A DNA stretch of 64,000 bases, from positions 41,221-105,220 of the forward strand of contig QZJO01000007.1 in NCBI GenBank assembly GCA_003599755.1, written 5' to 3'. Within the stretch, counting starts at the first letter, position 1. Each line of letters starts with the position of its first letter. Positions 24,855 through 34,709 of this stretch are shown here, one piece after another. Origin of the DNA: Candidatus Parcubacteria bacterium (GTDB taxonomy: Bacteria; Patescibacteriota; Minisyncoccia; Sungbacterales; SURF-37). A program made the position numbers and the translations under genes. The notes below the pieces were generated by a model. It saw only the letters and a list, made by a program, of their open reading frames with translations. It was not told the origin of the DNA and made no database searches.

Positions 24855-27284
24855 ATGAGTTCTCTTGCCATCTTGGGCTACGGAACCGTACTCGCGGTTG
24901 CGGTCGCGAGCGGCGCGGCATGGTGGGCCGTGCGCCGCGTCCGCTCCCAAGACGAGCTCGCGCGATCGCTCAATCTCGCGCTCCTGCACGTGTCGCTGCC
25001 GCGACCGGATCCGAATGTCCAGCGGTCGGCCGAAGAGTTACGCCAAGATATCGGCCTCATGGAGACGGTATTCTCGGGCCTGAGCAACATCCGCGACTCG
25101 TGGTGGAGCACGCTCTGGCACGGCGCCCCGAATTTCGCGCTCGAGTTGACCGTGCCGCATGTCGGCGAGGAACTGTGGTTTTACGCCGCGGTGCCGCGCC
25201 GATTTGCCGCCGCGGTCGAGAAAATAATCCACGGCGTATATCCGGACGCGCGCATCGAAAAAACGAACGACTATAACATCTTCCATCCGACGGGCGAGAG
25301 CGCCGTGGCGCTCGTCACGCTGGCGCGCTCCACCATCCTGCCGATCCGCACGTACCGCCGCGCCGAGGGCGATCCGTTGCGCGAGGTCGCCAACGCATTC
25401 TCAAAACTCGCGTCCACCGGCGAAGGAGCGGCACTCCAGATTGTTGCGCGCCCCGCGCCGAGCTTCTGGACCGAACGGATCTTGTCGCACGCGAAGCTCG
25501 CATTCGCCGGCAAAGCGCCCATTATCCCGAAATCAGCCCTCGCGGGGGAACTTGCTGCGTTGGCTGGAGCAACGACTCAGAAAAAAGACGGCCAACCCGA
25601 AAAAGAACATCGCCTTTCGCCGCAGGAAGAAGAGGCGATCCGGCTTATCGAGACCAAGGGATCGCGGCCGCTGTTTCTCGCAAACATTCGCATCGTCGCC
25701 GCCGCGCCTACCCAGGAGCGGGCCGACGCCATTGCATCGGACATCAGTGCCGCGTTTCGCCAGTACGCCGAACCCGCGCTCAACGAATTCAGCATCCGAC
25801 CGCAAACCGGATCAAACCGAGCAAAGGCCCTGTATCACTACTCGTTCCGGCTATTCCACCCGCGCTCGGCAATCGTGCTTTCGGCCGAGGAACTTTCGAG
25901 CATCTACCATTTCCCCAATGCGGTGCTCGGTACGCCCAAAGTACGCGCAGTCAGGGCGCGCGAGGCCGCGTTGCCGATGAATCTAGGAACCGCGGGCGTC
26001 ATGCTCGGCACGAATATCTTCCGCGGCGAGACGCGCGATGTCCGCATGGATCCGGACGACCGGCGACGGCATTTGTATATCATCGGCCAGACCGGAACCG
26101 GCAAAACGTCGCTCATGACCGAAATGATCCGCCAGGATGTTCTCGCAGGCCATGGCGTCTGCTTCATCGATCCGCACGGCGAAAGCGTGGAGCGCGTGCT
26201 CGGCTATATACCGCCCGCGCGCCTCGGCGACGTAATCTATTTCAATCCCGCGGACGTCGAGCGGCCGTTCGGCCTGAACCTCCTCGAATATGATCCGCGC
26301 TTCCCCGAGCAAAAAACGTTCGTGGTCAATGAGCTCTTTTCGATTTTTCAGAAACTCTACGGCGCGGTGCCCGAGGCCATGGGCCCGATGTTCGAGCAGT
26401 ATTTCCGGAATGCCACGCTCCTCGTGCTCGACGATCCGGAATCCGGCAATACGCTTTTGGAAGTGGAGCGCGTATTCGTGGATAAAGCATTTCGCGCGCT
26501 GAAGCTCGAGCGTTCGCACAACGTCGTGGTTCAGACCTTCTGGCGCGAAATGGCTGAAAAAGCCGGCGGCGATGCGGCGCTCGCCAACATGGCGCCCTAT
26601 ATCACCTCGAAGTTCGATACGTTCCTCGCCAACGAAATCATGCGGCCGATCATCGCCCAACAGCATTCGGCGTTCGACTTTCGCGCCGTCATGGATAAAA
26701 AACAAATCCTACTCGTAAACCTTTCCAAGGGCCGCCTCGGCGAACTCAATTCTTCACTGATCGGCTTGATCCTCGTCGGCAAGCTTCTCATGGCCGCACT
26801 CGCGCGTACCGACGCGCCCGAATCCGAGCGGCCGGATTTCTATTGCTACCTGGACGAATTCCAAAACGTCACCACGCCCTCGATCGCGACGATTCTTTCC
26901 GAAGCGCGCAAATACCGGCTTAATCTTATCCTGGCGCACCAATTTCTCGGGCAGCTCGATGAAAAGATCAAAACCGCCGTGTTCGGCAACGTGGGGTCGC
27001 TGGCCGCGTTCCGCGTCGGCGCCGAGGACGGCGAATTTCTCGCCACCCAATTCCAGCCGGTGTTTTCGGCGCACGATCTCATCAACACCGATAACCATCA
27101 CGCCTGCGTGAAGTTGTTGGCGCACGGCCAAACCGCCCTTGCCTTCAGCATGCACACCAGTCCGCCGGCCGCGCCGGACCCGGCGCAGGCGGAGGCTGCC
27201 AAGAATTTTTCGCGCGCGACCTATGGCCGACCGAAAGCGGATGTCGAGCAGGAGATACGTGCCCGCTACAATTCCGTGAACTAA
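24855..27284 (+). CDS. VirD4/TraG-like coupling ATPase
   Basis: N-terminal TM, HLYIIGQTGTGKT, IDPHG, YLDEFQN, EARKYRL..AHQ. Confidence 0.9.
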   Translation: MSSLAILGYGTVLAVAVASGAAWWAVRRVRSQDELARSLNLALLHVSLPRPDPNVQRSAEELRQDIGLMETVFSGLSNIRDSWWSTLWHGAPNFALELTVPHVGEELWFYAAVPRRFAAAVEKIIHGVYPDARIEKTNDYNIFHPTGESAVALVTLARSTILPIRTYRRAEGDPLREVANAFSKLASTGEGAALQIVARPAPSFWTERILSHAKLAFAGKAPIIPKSALAGELAALAGATTQKKDGQPEKEHRLSPQEEEAIRLIETKGSRPLFLANIRIVAAAPTQERADAIASDISAAFRQYAEPALNEFSIRPQTGSNRAKALYHYSFRLFHPRSAIVLSAEELSSIYHFPNAVLGTPKVRAVRAREAALPMNLGTAGVMLGTNIFRGETRDVRMDPDDRRRHLYIIGQTGTGKTSLMTEMIRQDVLAGHGVCFIDPHGESVERVLGYIPPARLGDVIYFNPADVERPFGLNLLEYDPRFPEQKTFVVNELFSIFQKLYGAVPEAMGPMFEQYFRNATLLVLDDPESGNTLLEVERVFVDKAFRALKLERSHNVVVQTFWREMAEKAGGDAALANMAPYITSKFDTFLANEIMRPIIAQQHSAFDFRAVMDKKQILLVNLSKGRLGELNSSLIGLILVGKLLMAALARTDAPESERPDFYCYLDEFQNVTTPSIATILSEARKYRLNLILAHQFLGQLDEKIKTAVFGNVGSLAAFRVGAEDGEFLATQFQPVFSAHDLINTDNHHACVKLLAHGQTALAFSMHTSPPAAPDPAQAEAAKNFSRATYGRPKADVEQEIRARYNSVN

Positions 27285-27303
27285 TTCTTATCTCCGCGAA
27301 TCG

Positions 27304-27334
27304 AAAACCGAGCGCGTACCACGCGCTCGGTTTT
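27304..27334. terminator. Bidirectional terminator
   Basis: aaaaccgagcgcgt-acc-acgcgctcggtttt between convergent genes. Confidence 0.8.
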
Positions 27335-27353
27335 GTTTTATGCACACACTCTC

Positions 27354-28454
27354 CTAAAACGGATTTCTTGCGCCGCGGATTTCGAAATGCACATGGCAGC
27401 CGGTGGAATTGCCCGTGGTACCGATCGTGCCGATCTGTTGCCCCTGTTCCACGCCCGCACCCGCGGTCACAAGTACGTCGGTAAGGTGCGCGTACAGGGT
27501 TTGGGTGCCATTGGAATGTTTCAGCACGATGTAGCGGCCGTATCCGCCGTTCCAACCGGAACTGCGCGCGAGCACCACGCTGCCGCCGGCCGATGCAACC
27601 ACCGGCAGGCCGCAGGCATTGGCCAGATCAACGCCGTTGTAGCCGTGCACGCCGCGCGTGCGCCGACCGCCGGCAATCGGCCGGATGTAGTAGCCCTGGT
27701 ATGCGGGCAGTCCCGATGCCACCGCACTGCCGCTGGACGCCACCGGGGCGGGCAATTCGCCGTCTGGAACAATAATGATGCCGCCGAGCGCCAGCGCGGC
27801 GTCCGCATCCAAACCGTTGAAATTCTGAATATCGTCCTGATCGGCCTTATACTGTTTTGCGATGCTGGCAAGCGTGTCACCTTTCTTTACTTCGTGGCGG
27901 ATGCCGGTCACCGGCAGGATGACGATCTCGGATCCGACCTTCAGGGACCGGGCATTGGCAAGATTATTTGCCCACAGAATGGTATTGACCGATACGCCGA
28001 AACTCTCGGCGATCGTGCTGATCGTATCGCCGGGTCGCACGGTGTAGACGAAAATCAGCCCGCCGCCGCCCGTACCCTCGGCAATCCACCCTTGGGGATT
28101 CAGCGGCGCGGCAAGCGCGTCGTTCGCCTGAATAAGCGCCAGCCCGGTCGAAGCGCCCAGCTGAGCCGCCGGTTCGGCTTGTAGAACGGGTACGCCCGCG
28201 GCCTGGGTACGCGGCACGGCCACCGGCATTTTTTCCTCGATTTCAGCATTACCAACACCCGCAAAAAGCCGGAAAATCAGATCCAAAATACCCGCCTGAG
28301 CCTGGGCGGGTTGCGCGACGAGAAGAAGGAAAATGCCGGAAACAAGAACTATTTTGATGGTTTGGCCATCAAAAACGAAACGCTTCTTCGAAAAAAGAAG
28401 CGAACTCGGGAATTGCGGTTTTATTATTTCACCACGCGATTGGAAATACGGCAA
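27354..28454 (-). CDS. LysM x2 plus M23 peptidase (start uncertain)
   Basis: YTVRPGDTIS, VKKGDTLAS, YNGVD, LYAHL, STGCHVHFE. Confidence 0.92.
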   Translation of the reverse strand: MPYFQSRGEIIKPQFPSSLLFSKKRFVFDGQTIKIVLVSGIFLLLVAQPAQAQAGILDLIFRLFAGVGNAEIEEKMPVAVPRTQAAGVPVLQAEPAAQLGASTGLALIQANDALAAPLNPQGWIAEGTGGGGLIFVYTVRPGDTISTIAESFGVSVNTILWANNLANARSLKVGSEIVILPVTGIRHEVKKGDTLASIAKQYKADQDDIQNFNGLDADAALALGGIIIVPDGELPAPVASSGSAVASGLPAYQGYYIRPIAGGRRTRGVHGYNGVDLANACGLPVVASAGGSVVLARSSGWNGGYGRYIVLKHSNGTQTLYAHLTDVLVTAGAGVEQGQQIGTIGTTGNSTGCHVHFEIRGARNPF

Positions 28455-28699
28455 TATCGCGCGGCCGAAATTGAAGATTGTACGAATAGAAGAATCTCCT
28501 TGAAGATTGCTGCCGTACGGGAAAAAACCAGGAAATACGGGGTTTTCTTATACGGACCGTGGGCTTCTCGGACAGCCGCTAGTATAGCGCCCGAGAAGCC
28601 GGGGAACCAGGCCGGCTATCCACGACCCGTCCCCATGACCCGCGGCCCATCCGCGTATCGGGGCCGCCCGGTTTTTGCTACGATACTGCTGCCACTCCC

Positions 28700-30655
28700 A
28701 TGCCCACCGCCTCCGAAACCATTCTTGCGGGATTAAACGACCGGCAGCGAGAAGCCGTCCTCACCACCGAGGGGCCGGTACTCGTCATCGCTGGGCCGGG
28801 CTCCGGCAAAACCCGCGCCCTGACCCATCGCATCGCGTACCTCATCGCCGCGGGCCGCCATCCGGCCGGCATTCTTGCCGTAACCTTTACCAACCGCGCG
28901 GCAGGCGAAATGCGCGAGCGCGTACGCGAGCTCGTCGACGGGAATGGCGCTGGGGGGCGGCGAGGCGGTACGGATGCAATGCCATGGATCGGAACATTTC
29001 ATGCCTTTGCCGCGCATCTCTTACGCCAGGAAGCCGCACGCGTCGGCTTTAAGCCGAACTTCACGATATATGACGAGAGTGATTCGGCCGCGCTGCTTCG
29101 CGAAGTCATGAAGGAAGAGGCGATCAACACCGAGCGCTATCCGCCGCCCATGATCGCGGGCGCCATTTCACGATTGAAAGGGGACCTGGTCGCGCCGGCC
29201 GAGTACGAAGGGCGCGACAGCGGCGAACCGTTCGAGCGCACGCTTGCGAAAATGTACGACGCGTACCAACAGCGCCTCAGGTTCGCGAATGCCATGGATT
29301 TCGATGACCTCGTATTCCATACCGTGCGCTTGCTCAGAAGCGACGCGGCCGCGCGCCAGCGCTGGCAGCGGCGGTTCCAATACGTCCATATCGATGAATA
29401 CCAGGACACCTCACCGAGCCAATATGAACTCATCCGGCTGCTCGCGGCCGAACATCGCAATGTTTTTGCCATCGGCGACGATGCGCAGTCCATCTACAGC
29501 TGGCGCCAGGCCGATTTCCGAAACATCTTGAATTTCGAACGCGATTGGCCCGAGGCGACGGTCGTGCTGCTTGAAGAAAACTACCGCTCCACGCCCGAGA
29601 TCCTGACCGCGGCCAATCATCTGATCAAAGAAAACGTCGAGCAGCGGCCGAAAACCCTCTGGACCAACAACCCGTCCGGTTCGGTGCCGCTCGTACACGC
29701 CGAGGCGCACGAACGGGCAGAGGCCGCGTTCGTCGGCGACGAAATTCTCTCGAGCCGCGCCGAAGGAAGACACTGGAGCGATGTCGCAGTGCTGTACCGT
29801 ACCAATGCCCAATCCCGCGCGCTCGAAGAGGCGCTACTCGAGCGCGACATACCGTATGTCATCATCGGCGGCGTGCGCTTTTTCGAGCGGCGCGAAGTCA
29901 AAGACCTTGCCGCCTGGCTCCGGTTTCTTTCGAATCCCGATGACTCCATCGCCCTCAAACGCATCATCAACGTGCCCGCGCGCGGCATCGGTCCCAAAAC
30001 CCTGCTCGCGTACCTCTCGGGTGACGCCGCGTCGCTCGGTGAGCGGGAACGCGCGCGCATTACCGCGTTCGAGCGGACAGTCGCGAAGCTCCGCGATGCG
30101 CTCGCGTCCCAAACGCTTGCCGAATTTTTGCGCTTCTTGATCAAGGAGACGAATTACGAAGCGTATCTCGAAGAAGTATCGCGCGACGCCGAGGCGCGTA
30201 TTGAAAACGTTCGCGAATTCGTGACGCTCGCGCGCCGCTACGATGCGTTGCCGATCACCGAGGCCGTCACGAAACTCACCGAAGAGATCGCGCTCGCCTC
30301 GGAACAAGACGAGCTCCGCACGGGCGAAGAGCGCGTGCGCCTCATGACCGTGCACGCGGCCAAGGGCTTGGAATTTCCCGTGGTGTTCCTAACCGGCCTC
30401 GAAGAAGGAATTCTGCCGCATGCCCGATCGCTGACCGGCGGACGGGCGGAGCTGGAGGAAGAACGGCGACTCGCGTATGTGGGCATGACGCGCGCGAAAG
30501 AGCGGCTCTATTTGACTTGGGCGGTCGAACGGATGCTCTTTGGCGAGCGGCAAGCGAATTTGCCGTCGCGGTTTTTACGCGAACTGCCACCCGAAGTCAC
30601 AGCGCGCGCCGTATTGCGCGACGAAGAATTGGAAGAAATTTACCTCGATGAATAG
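28700..30655 (+). CDS. pcrA: UvrD/PcrA SF1 helicase
   Basis: AGPGSGKT, DEYQD, GDDAQSIY, NYRS, HAAKGLEF, EERRLAYVGMTRA. Confidence 0.95.
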   Translation: MPTASETILAGLNDRQREAVLTTEGPVLVIAGPGSGKTRALTHRIAYLIAAGRHPAGILAVTFTNRAAGEMRERVRELVDGNGAGGRRGGTDAMPWIGTFHAFAAHLLRQEAARVGFKPNFTIYDESDSAALLREVMKEEAINTERYPPPMIAGAISRLKGDLVAPAEYEGRDSGEPFERTLAKMYDAYQQRLRFANAMDFDDLVFHTVRLLRSDAAARQRWQRRFQYVHIDEYQDTSPSQYELIRLLAAEHRNVFAIGDDAQSIYSWRQADFRNILNFERDWPEATVVLLEENYRSTPEILTAANHLIKENVEQRPKTLWTNNPSGSVPLVHAEAHERAEAAFVGDEILSSRAEGRHWSDVAVLYRTNAQSRALEEALLERDIPYVIIGGVRFFERREVKDLAAWLRFLSNPDDSIALKRIINVPARGIGPKTLLAYLSGDAASLGERERARITAFERTVAKLRDALASQTLAEFLRFLIKETNYEAYLEEVSRDAEARIENVREFVTLARRYDALPITEAVTKLTEEIALASEQDELRTGEERVRLMTVHAAKGLEFPVVFLTGLEEGILPHARSLTGGRAELEEERRLAYVGMTRAKERLYLTWAVERMLFGERQANLPSRFLRELPPEVTARAVLRDEELEEIYLDE

Positions 30656-31472
30656 ATCCCGCCTCCCACGCCACTCTGCCGCGCCCCGCACGCCCCGCCT
30701 TGGCCAGCATTTTTTGGCCTCGCCCGCGGCGCTGGCGATGATTCTCAAAGCTGCGGGCCGCGACTCGCAAGGAACGGTGTTGGAAATCGGACCGGGCCGC
30801 GGCGTATTGACGCTGCCATTGGCCGAGCGCTTCGGCGCGGTGATTGCCGTAGAAAAAGACGAACGGCTCGCCGCGACCCTCGATGCAATACTCAAAGAAC
30901 GAAAGATCGCCAATGTCCGTTTGCATGCCGGCGACATCCTTGATCTTTTTCCCAAGCAACTTAACCTTCCGGATCACTATGCGGTAGTCGCGAACATCCC
31001 GTACTATCTGACCGGACGGTTACTGCGCGTGCTCCTCGAATCGCCTGCGCGCCCCAAGCGCATGGTGCTTTTGGTGCAGCGCGAAGTCGCCGAACGCATG
31101 GTCGCCAAACCGCCGCACATGAATCTTCTGGCATTATCCGTGCAGGCCTACGGCAGTCCACATATCGTGGCAGAAATACCCTCGACCGCATTTTCTCCGC
31201 CGCCGAGTGTAGCATCGGCAATTATCGAAGTACGGGAAATCTCGAACGACTTTTTTACGCATCAGGCCGTCCCGCCAGAGAAGTTTTTCTCGCTTCTCCG
31301 AGCGGCTTTTTCCGGCAAGCGAAAAATGCTCATCAACTCGCTTGCAAAACCTCTCGGCGGTAAAGATCGCGCGCGGGCGCTCCTCGGGGAATCGAAGCTC
31401 GCCGCAAACAAGCGCCCGGAAGAACTCTCGCTAAACGACTGGATCACGCTCGCAAGAATCGCATCCCATTGA
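30648..31472 (+). CDS. rsmA: 16S rRNA dimethyladenosine transferase
   Basis: LGQHFL, LEIGPGRG, VANIPYY, FSPPPSVAS. Confidence 0.95.
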   Translation: MNRSRLPRHSAAPRTPRLGQHFLASPAALAMILKAAGRDSQGTVLEIGPGRGVLTLPLAERFGAVIAVEKDERLAATLDAILKERKIANVRLHAGDILDLFPKQLNLPDHYAVVANIPYYLTGRLLRVLLESPARPKRMVLLVQREVAERMVAKPPHMNLLALSVQAYGSPHIVAEIPSTAFSPPPSVASAIIEVREISNDFFTHQAVPPEKFFSLLRAAFSGKRKMLINSLAKPLGGKDRARALLGESKLAANKRPEELSLNDWITLARIASH

Positions 31473-32696
31473 CTACCCGCAGCCGCAGATGCCGACGGGA
31501 TCCCAAATCAACGGCCGCGAACCTTCTCCGCAGAGCTCGAAGCAGCCAATAGGGACGCCGCAGATGCGGCCAAAACAACACGGTGTAGGAAAATTGGCAC
31601 CTACTGGGCCGCCGGCGCCCTCGACAAAACAAATCGCCGGCCTAATACAGTATGTCGGACCGCACGCCGCGTTTGCCACGCCGACCATAAAAAAATCCCC
31701 GATCAATCTGAATCCAGCGATCAAATGCCGTGAAAGTACGAGGCGGTTATCGGACGGCGCTTGCGAACTCGATTGGCCGCGGAGGATTGCATCAAGATCA
31801 TACCCTTGCAGCCGCAAGACCTCTCTGAATTCATCGAGGGCCTCTTCGGGCGTGACCGCATGATGGGAATCATTGGAGAATACACCCTCCTGAATGGCCT
31901 TGATGGTCTGCGCTTCGCGAAGCTTGAACTCGTACGAAGCAGAAAATACCTGGTCGGCAGCCTCCCGGGAAATTTCATACGCCTGGGTATCAACGGCACC
32001 CTGATCGCGCAGATATCGGAGCAGCGTATCGCTCGCTGTCTTGACCTCCGCTTCCGTGTGAAGGGGCAAGACATCATTTGGCGCGATGACGCCCTCGCTT
32101 ACCAAGGAACCCTGCGCCGCGCGGAGCGCGTCCAAGTACACAACCGGATAAAGGAGCTCGAAAATTTCTCGATCGGTCAGCGGCGCAGACCCGTCGGCTG
32201 GCCCCGGCGCCAAGAGTATGCCATCCGTATTGCGCGGACCGGTGAACACCGGGGTTTCGGGTATCGACACGCCGAGCGCAAGCGCGCGCTGTTGGACTGA
32301 AAAGAAATCGAACTGCCCGATAATCGGCTGCTGCGAAAGCGGGGAAGTGACCGATCCCTGCGATGAGGGCGGCGCGGCAATCGGCACGGGAATAACGGGC
32401 AAATCGGGCAAAACCGGGGAATCTTCGAGCGAAATTGATCCGGCCGCGAGGGGCGCAAGCTCTCCGGGTAGCCGGGGAGCTTGGATATTTGGGTCATTCA
32501 TGCCCCGCAGCCGGGACTCTGAGACTGCTTGCAGAGGCAATGCGCCGGTTGCGGCCGGCGGAGTGGGACTCTCGTCAGACCTTCCGGAAAAATATACGAC
32601 AAAAAACCCGATGATGGCGCCCGCCAACAGGATGATAGCTACCGCGATGAGCGTTCCCGGACCAATGCGTGACCTCACATCGGTATGGTTGCACAC
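31473..32696 (-). CDS. Hypothetical membrane-anchored protein with Cys-rich C-terminus
   Basis: N-terminal TM, Pro-rich linker, 10 Cys in the last 63 aa. Confidence 0.75.
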   Translation of the reverse strand: MCNHTDVRSRIGPGTLIAVAIILLAGAIIGFFVVYFSGRSDESPTPPAATGALPLQAVSESRLRGMNDPNIQAPRLPGELAPLAAGSISLEDSPVLPDLPVIPVPIAAPPSSQGSVTSPLSQQPIIGQFDFFSVQQRALALGVSIPETPVFTGPRNTDGILLAPGPADGSAPLTDREIFELLYPVVYLDALRAAQGSLVSEGVIAPNDVLPLHTEAEVKTASDTLLRYLRDQGAVDTQAYEISREAADQVFSASYEFKLREAQTIKAIQEGVFSNDSHHAVTPEEALDEFREVLRLQGYDLDAILRGQSSSQAPSDNRLVLSRHLIAGFRLIGDFFMVGVANAACGPTYCIRPAICFVEGAGGPVGANFPTPCCFGRICGVPIGCFELCGEGSRPLIWDPVGICGCG

Positions 32697-32720
32697 TCCG
32701 CACGCCAGCGGACCGCTCGG

Positions 32721-32729
32721 TTATCCACA
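32721..32729 (+). promoter_or_regulatory. Consensus DnaA box in a divergent promoter region
   Basis: TTATCCACA. Confidence 0.5.
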
Positions 32730-32768
32730 GTACGCTCGGAAAAATGCGCAAAATGCTATAATTCGTCT

Positions 32769-33791
32769 ATGGAAATTCCGACGCACCGACGCCGGAAAAC
32801 GTCTGCATGGCGACAGGCGACATTATTCGTGATCGTGCCGCTTCTGGCGGCCGCATCGTTCTTCGGCGTTCGCGCGGCGTTCGGCACGGACGACGAACGC
32901 TATGGATCCAGCCCGCAATCGCTGGCATCGGCGCTCTCCGCAGCAACTCGAAATCCTGCAGCGAATCAGGACAGCGATCAAGACGGCCTTCTGGACTGGC
33001 AAGAAACCGTATATCGGACTGATCCGCAGAATCCCGATACTGATGGCGACGGAACTCTTGACGGCGCGGAAATAAAGGAAGGCCGTGATCCGCTAAAGCC
33101 AGGACCGGATGATCCATTGGAATTCGCGGCAATAAACGCTTCCGGCGGCGCGCCGCCCGACGGAGCAGGCCCGAATCTCACTACGGCATTTTTGTCGCAA
33201 ATAGTTGGCGGTTTTTCAGGAGAGATCGACTCGAACGGTGTGCTTAACGCCGAACAATCGGAGGTCTTGCTATCGGCAGCCGAGACGCTGGATTCGAAGA
33301 GCGCCCTCGGCATCCCGCAAGCGAGCCGCGGCGAACTGACCCTGACCACCACCGGCGACCCCACGGTTGTTAAGCAATACTTCAACGGCATCGGGACCAT
33401 CTACGCGACCACGTTCCCGTCGTTTTCGCGCAATACCATCGGTATGCTCGAACCGTCGCCCAAAACCGCGTCCGGCGCCGATGCTACGAGTCCGGAAGGC
33501 GTCATCCAAATACTCGACGAGGCAATCCGCGCTGTCAGAGCGCTGCCCGCGCCACAGGCGTTCGGCGATTTTGCAGTTTCGGAACTGAACTATCTTCTCG
33601 CGCTCAAGCGTATTTCCGAAATATTGAAAGACGCCAAAAACGATCCGCTTGCCGGCATTGTCGCGGTAGGAGAATTGCAGGCCCAGACCCAACGGATCGA
33701 AACCGCACGCCGAGAAATGCTAGCCAAACTCCAATCCCAGTCCATTACTTTTGGGGTTGATGAACCTGCCCATGCGTTTTTGAATCCATGA
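32769..33791 (+). CDS. Membrane-anchored protein with Ca-binding DxDxDG (thrombospondin type 3-like) repeats
   Basis: DSDQDGLLDWQE..YRTDP.NPDTDGDGTLDGAEI; TGCTATAAT 6 nt before the ATG. Confidence 0.8.
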   Translation: MEIPTHRRRKTSAWRQATLFVIVPLLAAASFFGVRAAFGTDDERYGSSPQSLASALSAATRNPAANQDSDQDGLLDWQETVYRTDPQNPDTDGDGTLDGAEIKEGRDPLKPGPDDPLEFAAINASGGAPPDGAGPNLTTAFLSQIVGGFSGEIDSNGVLNAEQSEVLLSAAETLDSKSALGIPQASRGELTLTTTGDPTVVKQYFNGIGTIYATTFPSFSRNTIGMLEPSPKTASGADATSPEGVIQILDEAIRAVRALPAPQAFGDFAVSELNYLLALKRISEILKDAKNDPLAGIVAVGELQAQTQRIETARREMLAKLQSQSITFGVDEPAHAFLNP

Positions 33792-34678
33792 GCGCCATAC
33801 CTTGGACGAAAATCCAATCAAGCGTCGCGATTCTCCTCATTATCGTGGTGGTCGGTGGAATGATCGTCGTGCCGCCCAAAAAGGCGGAGGCCGTCGTCCC
33901 GACCAACGTTGATTTCAGCCCCAAGGCGATTGCCGAATGGATCCTACAGACCGCCACGGCGATAAAAAACCTCGCCGAAAACGTTCTCCAAACTGGTTTC
34001 CTGAATAGCCTGGTTGTGAAAGAGTACGCGCTGGATCCCGCTGCGTGGCTTATGAAGCTCGTGATCCAGCAGCTGCGCGACATGGCGATTCAATGGATTT
34101 TGACGGGTAACTTCGGCGGCCCGACGTTTTCTCAAGGTATTTTAATCGATCTTCGCAACGCCGTTACTGAGGCGTCCAAAATTTTTGTTTCCAATTTAAC
34201 CGGTATCAACTTCTGTGACGGCTATCCCCCAATTCCCCCCAACGCTTTCTTCAGCTTGGATCTCTCACTGCGCCTTCAATGCTCATTCACCGGAGGGGGC
34301 GCACTTGCGGACTTCAGGAATGGAACTGCGTTCAGTTGGGAAATGGTCGCCAGCGCCCAGGAATCGGCCAATGATCCGTTCAATGCATACGTCGATGCGC
34401 TTTCGGAGAAAATGCGAATGGAAGCCGAAGTGCTTGGCGCGGTTACGCAAGAGCACCTTGCGGGTGGCGGGTTTTACGGCATCCGCGGCGAAGACGGAAA
34501 AATCAAAACCCCGGGCCGCCACATCGCCGATTTTCTCCAAGAAGACATCAACTCAATGTTCCGAGAATTCGACAATGCCGACGAGCTCTCCGAAGTGTTT
34601 GCGGGGGCGATCACATCGATCGTGGATACGTTCGCCTGGAAAATCATCAATGACGGCCTTACTGCCGCGAGCAACTAG
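33788..34678 (+). CDS. Secreted hypothetical protein in the T4SS-like operon
   Basis: Signal ending PKKAEA; KEYALD and IKTPG motifs; ATGA coupling. Confidence 0.75.
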   Translation: MSAIPWTKIQSSVAILLIIVVVGGMIVVPPKKAEAVVPTNVDFSPKAIAEWILQTATAIKNLAENVLQTGFLNSLVVKEYALDPAAWLMKLVIQQLRDMAIQWILTGNFGGPTFSQGILIDLRNAVTEASKIFVSNLTGINFCDGYPPIPPNAFFSLDLSLRLQCSFTGGGALADFRNGTAFSWEMVASAQESANDPFNAYVDALSEKMRMEAEVLGAVTQEHLAGGGFYGIRGEDGKIKTPGRHIADFLQEDINSMFREFDNADELSEVFAGAITSIVDTFAWKIINDGLTAASN

Positions 34679-34709
34679 CAATTCCATCTACTAATGGACG
34701 TCATCTAGC

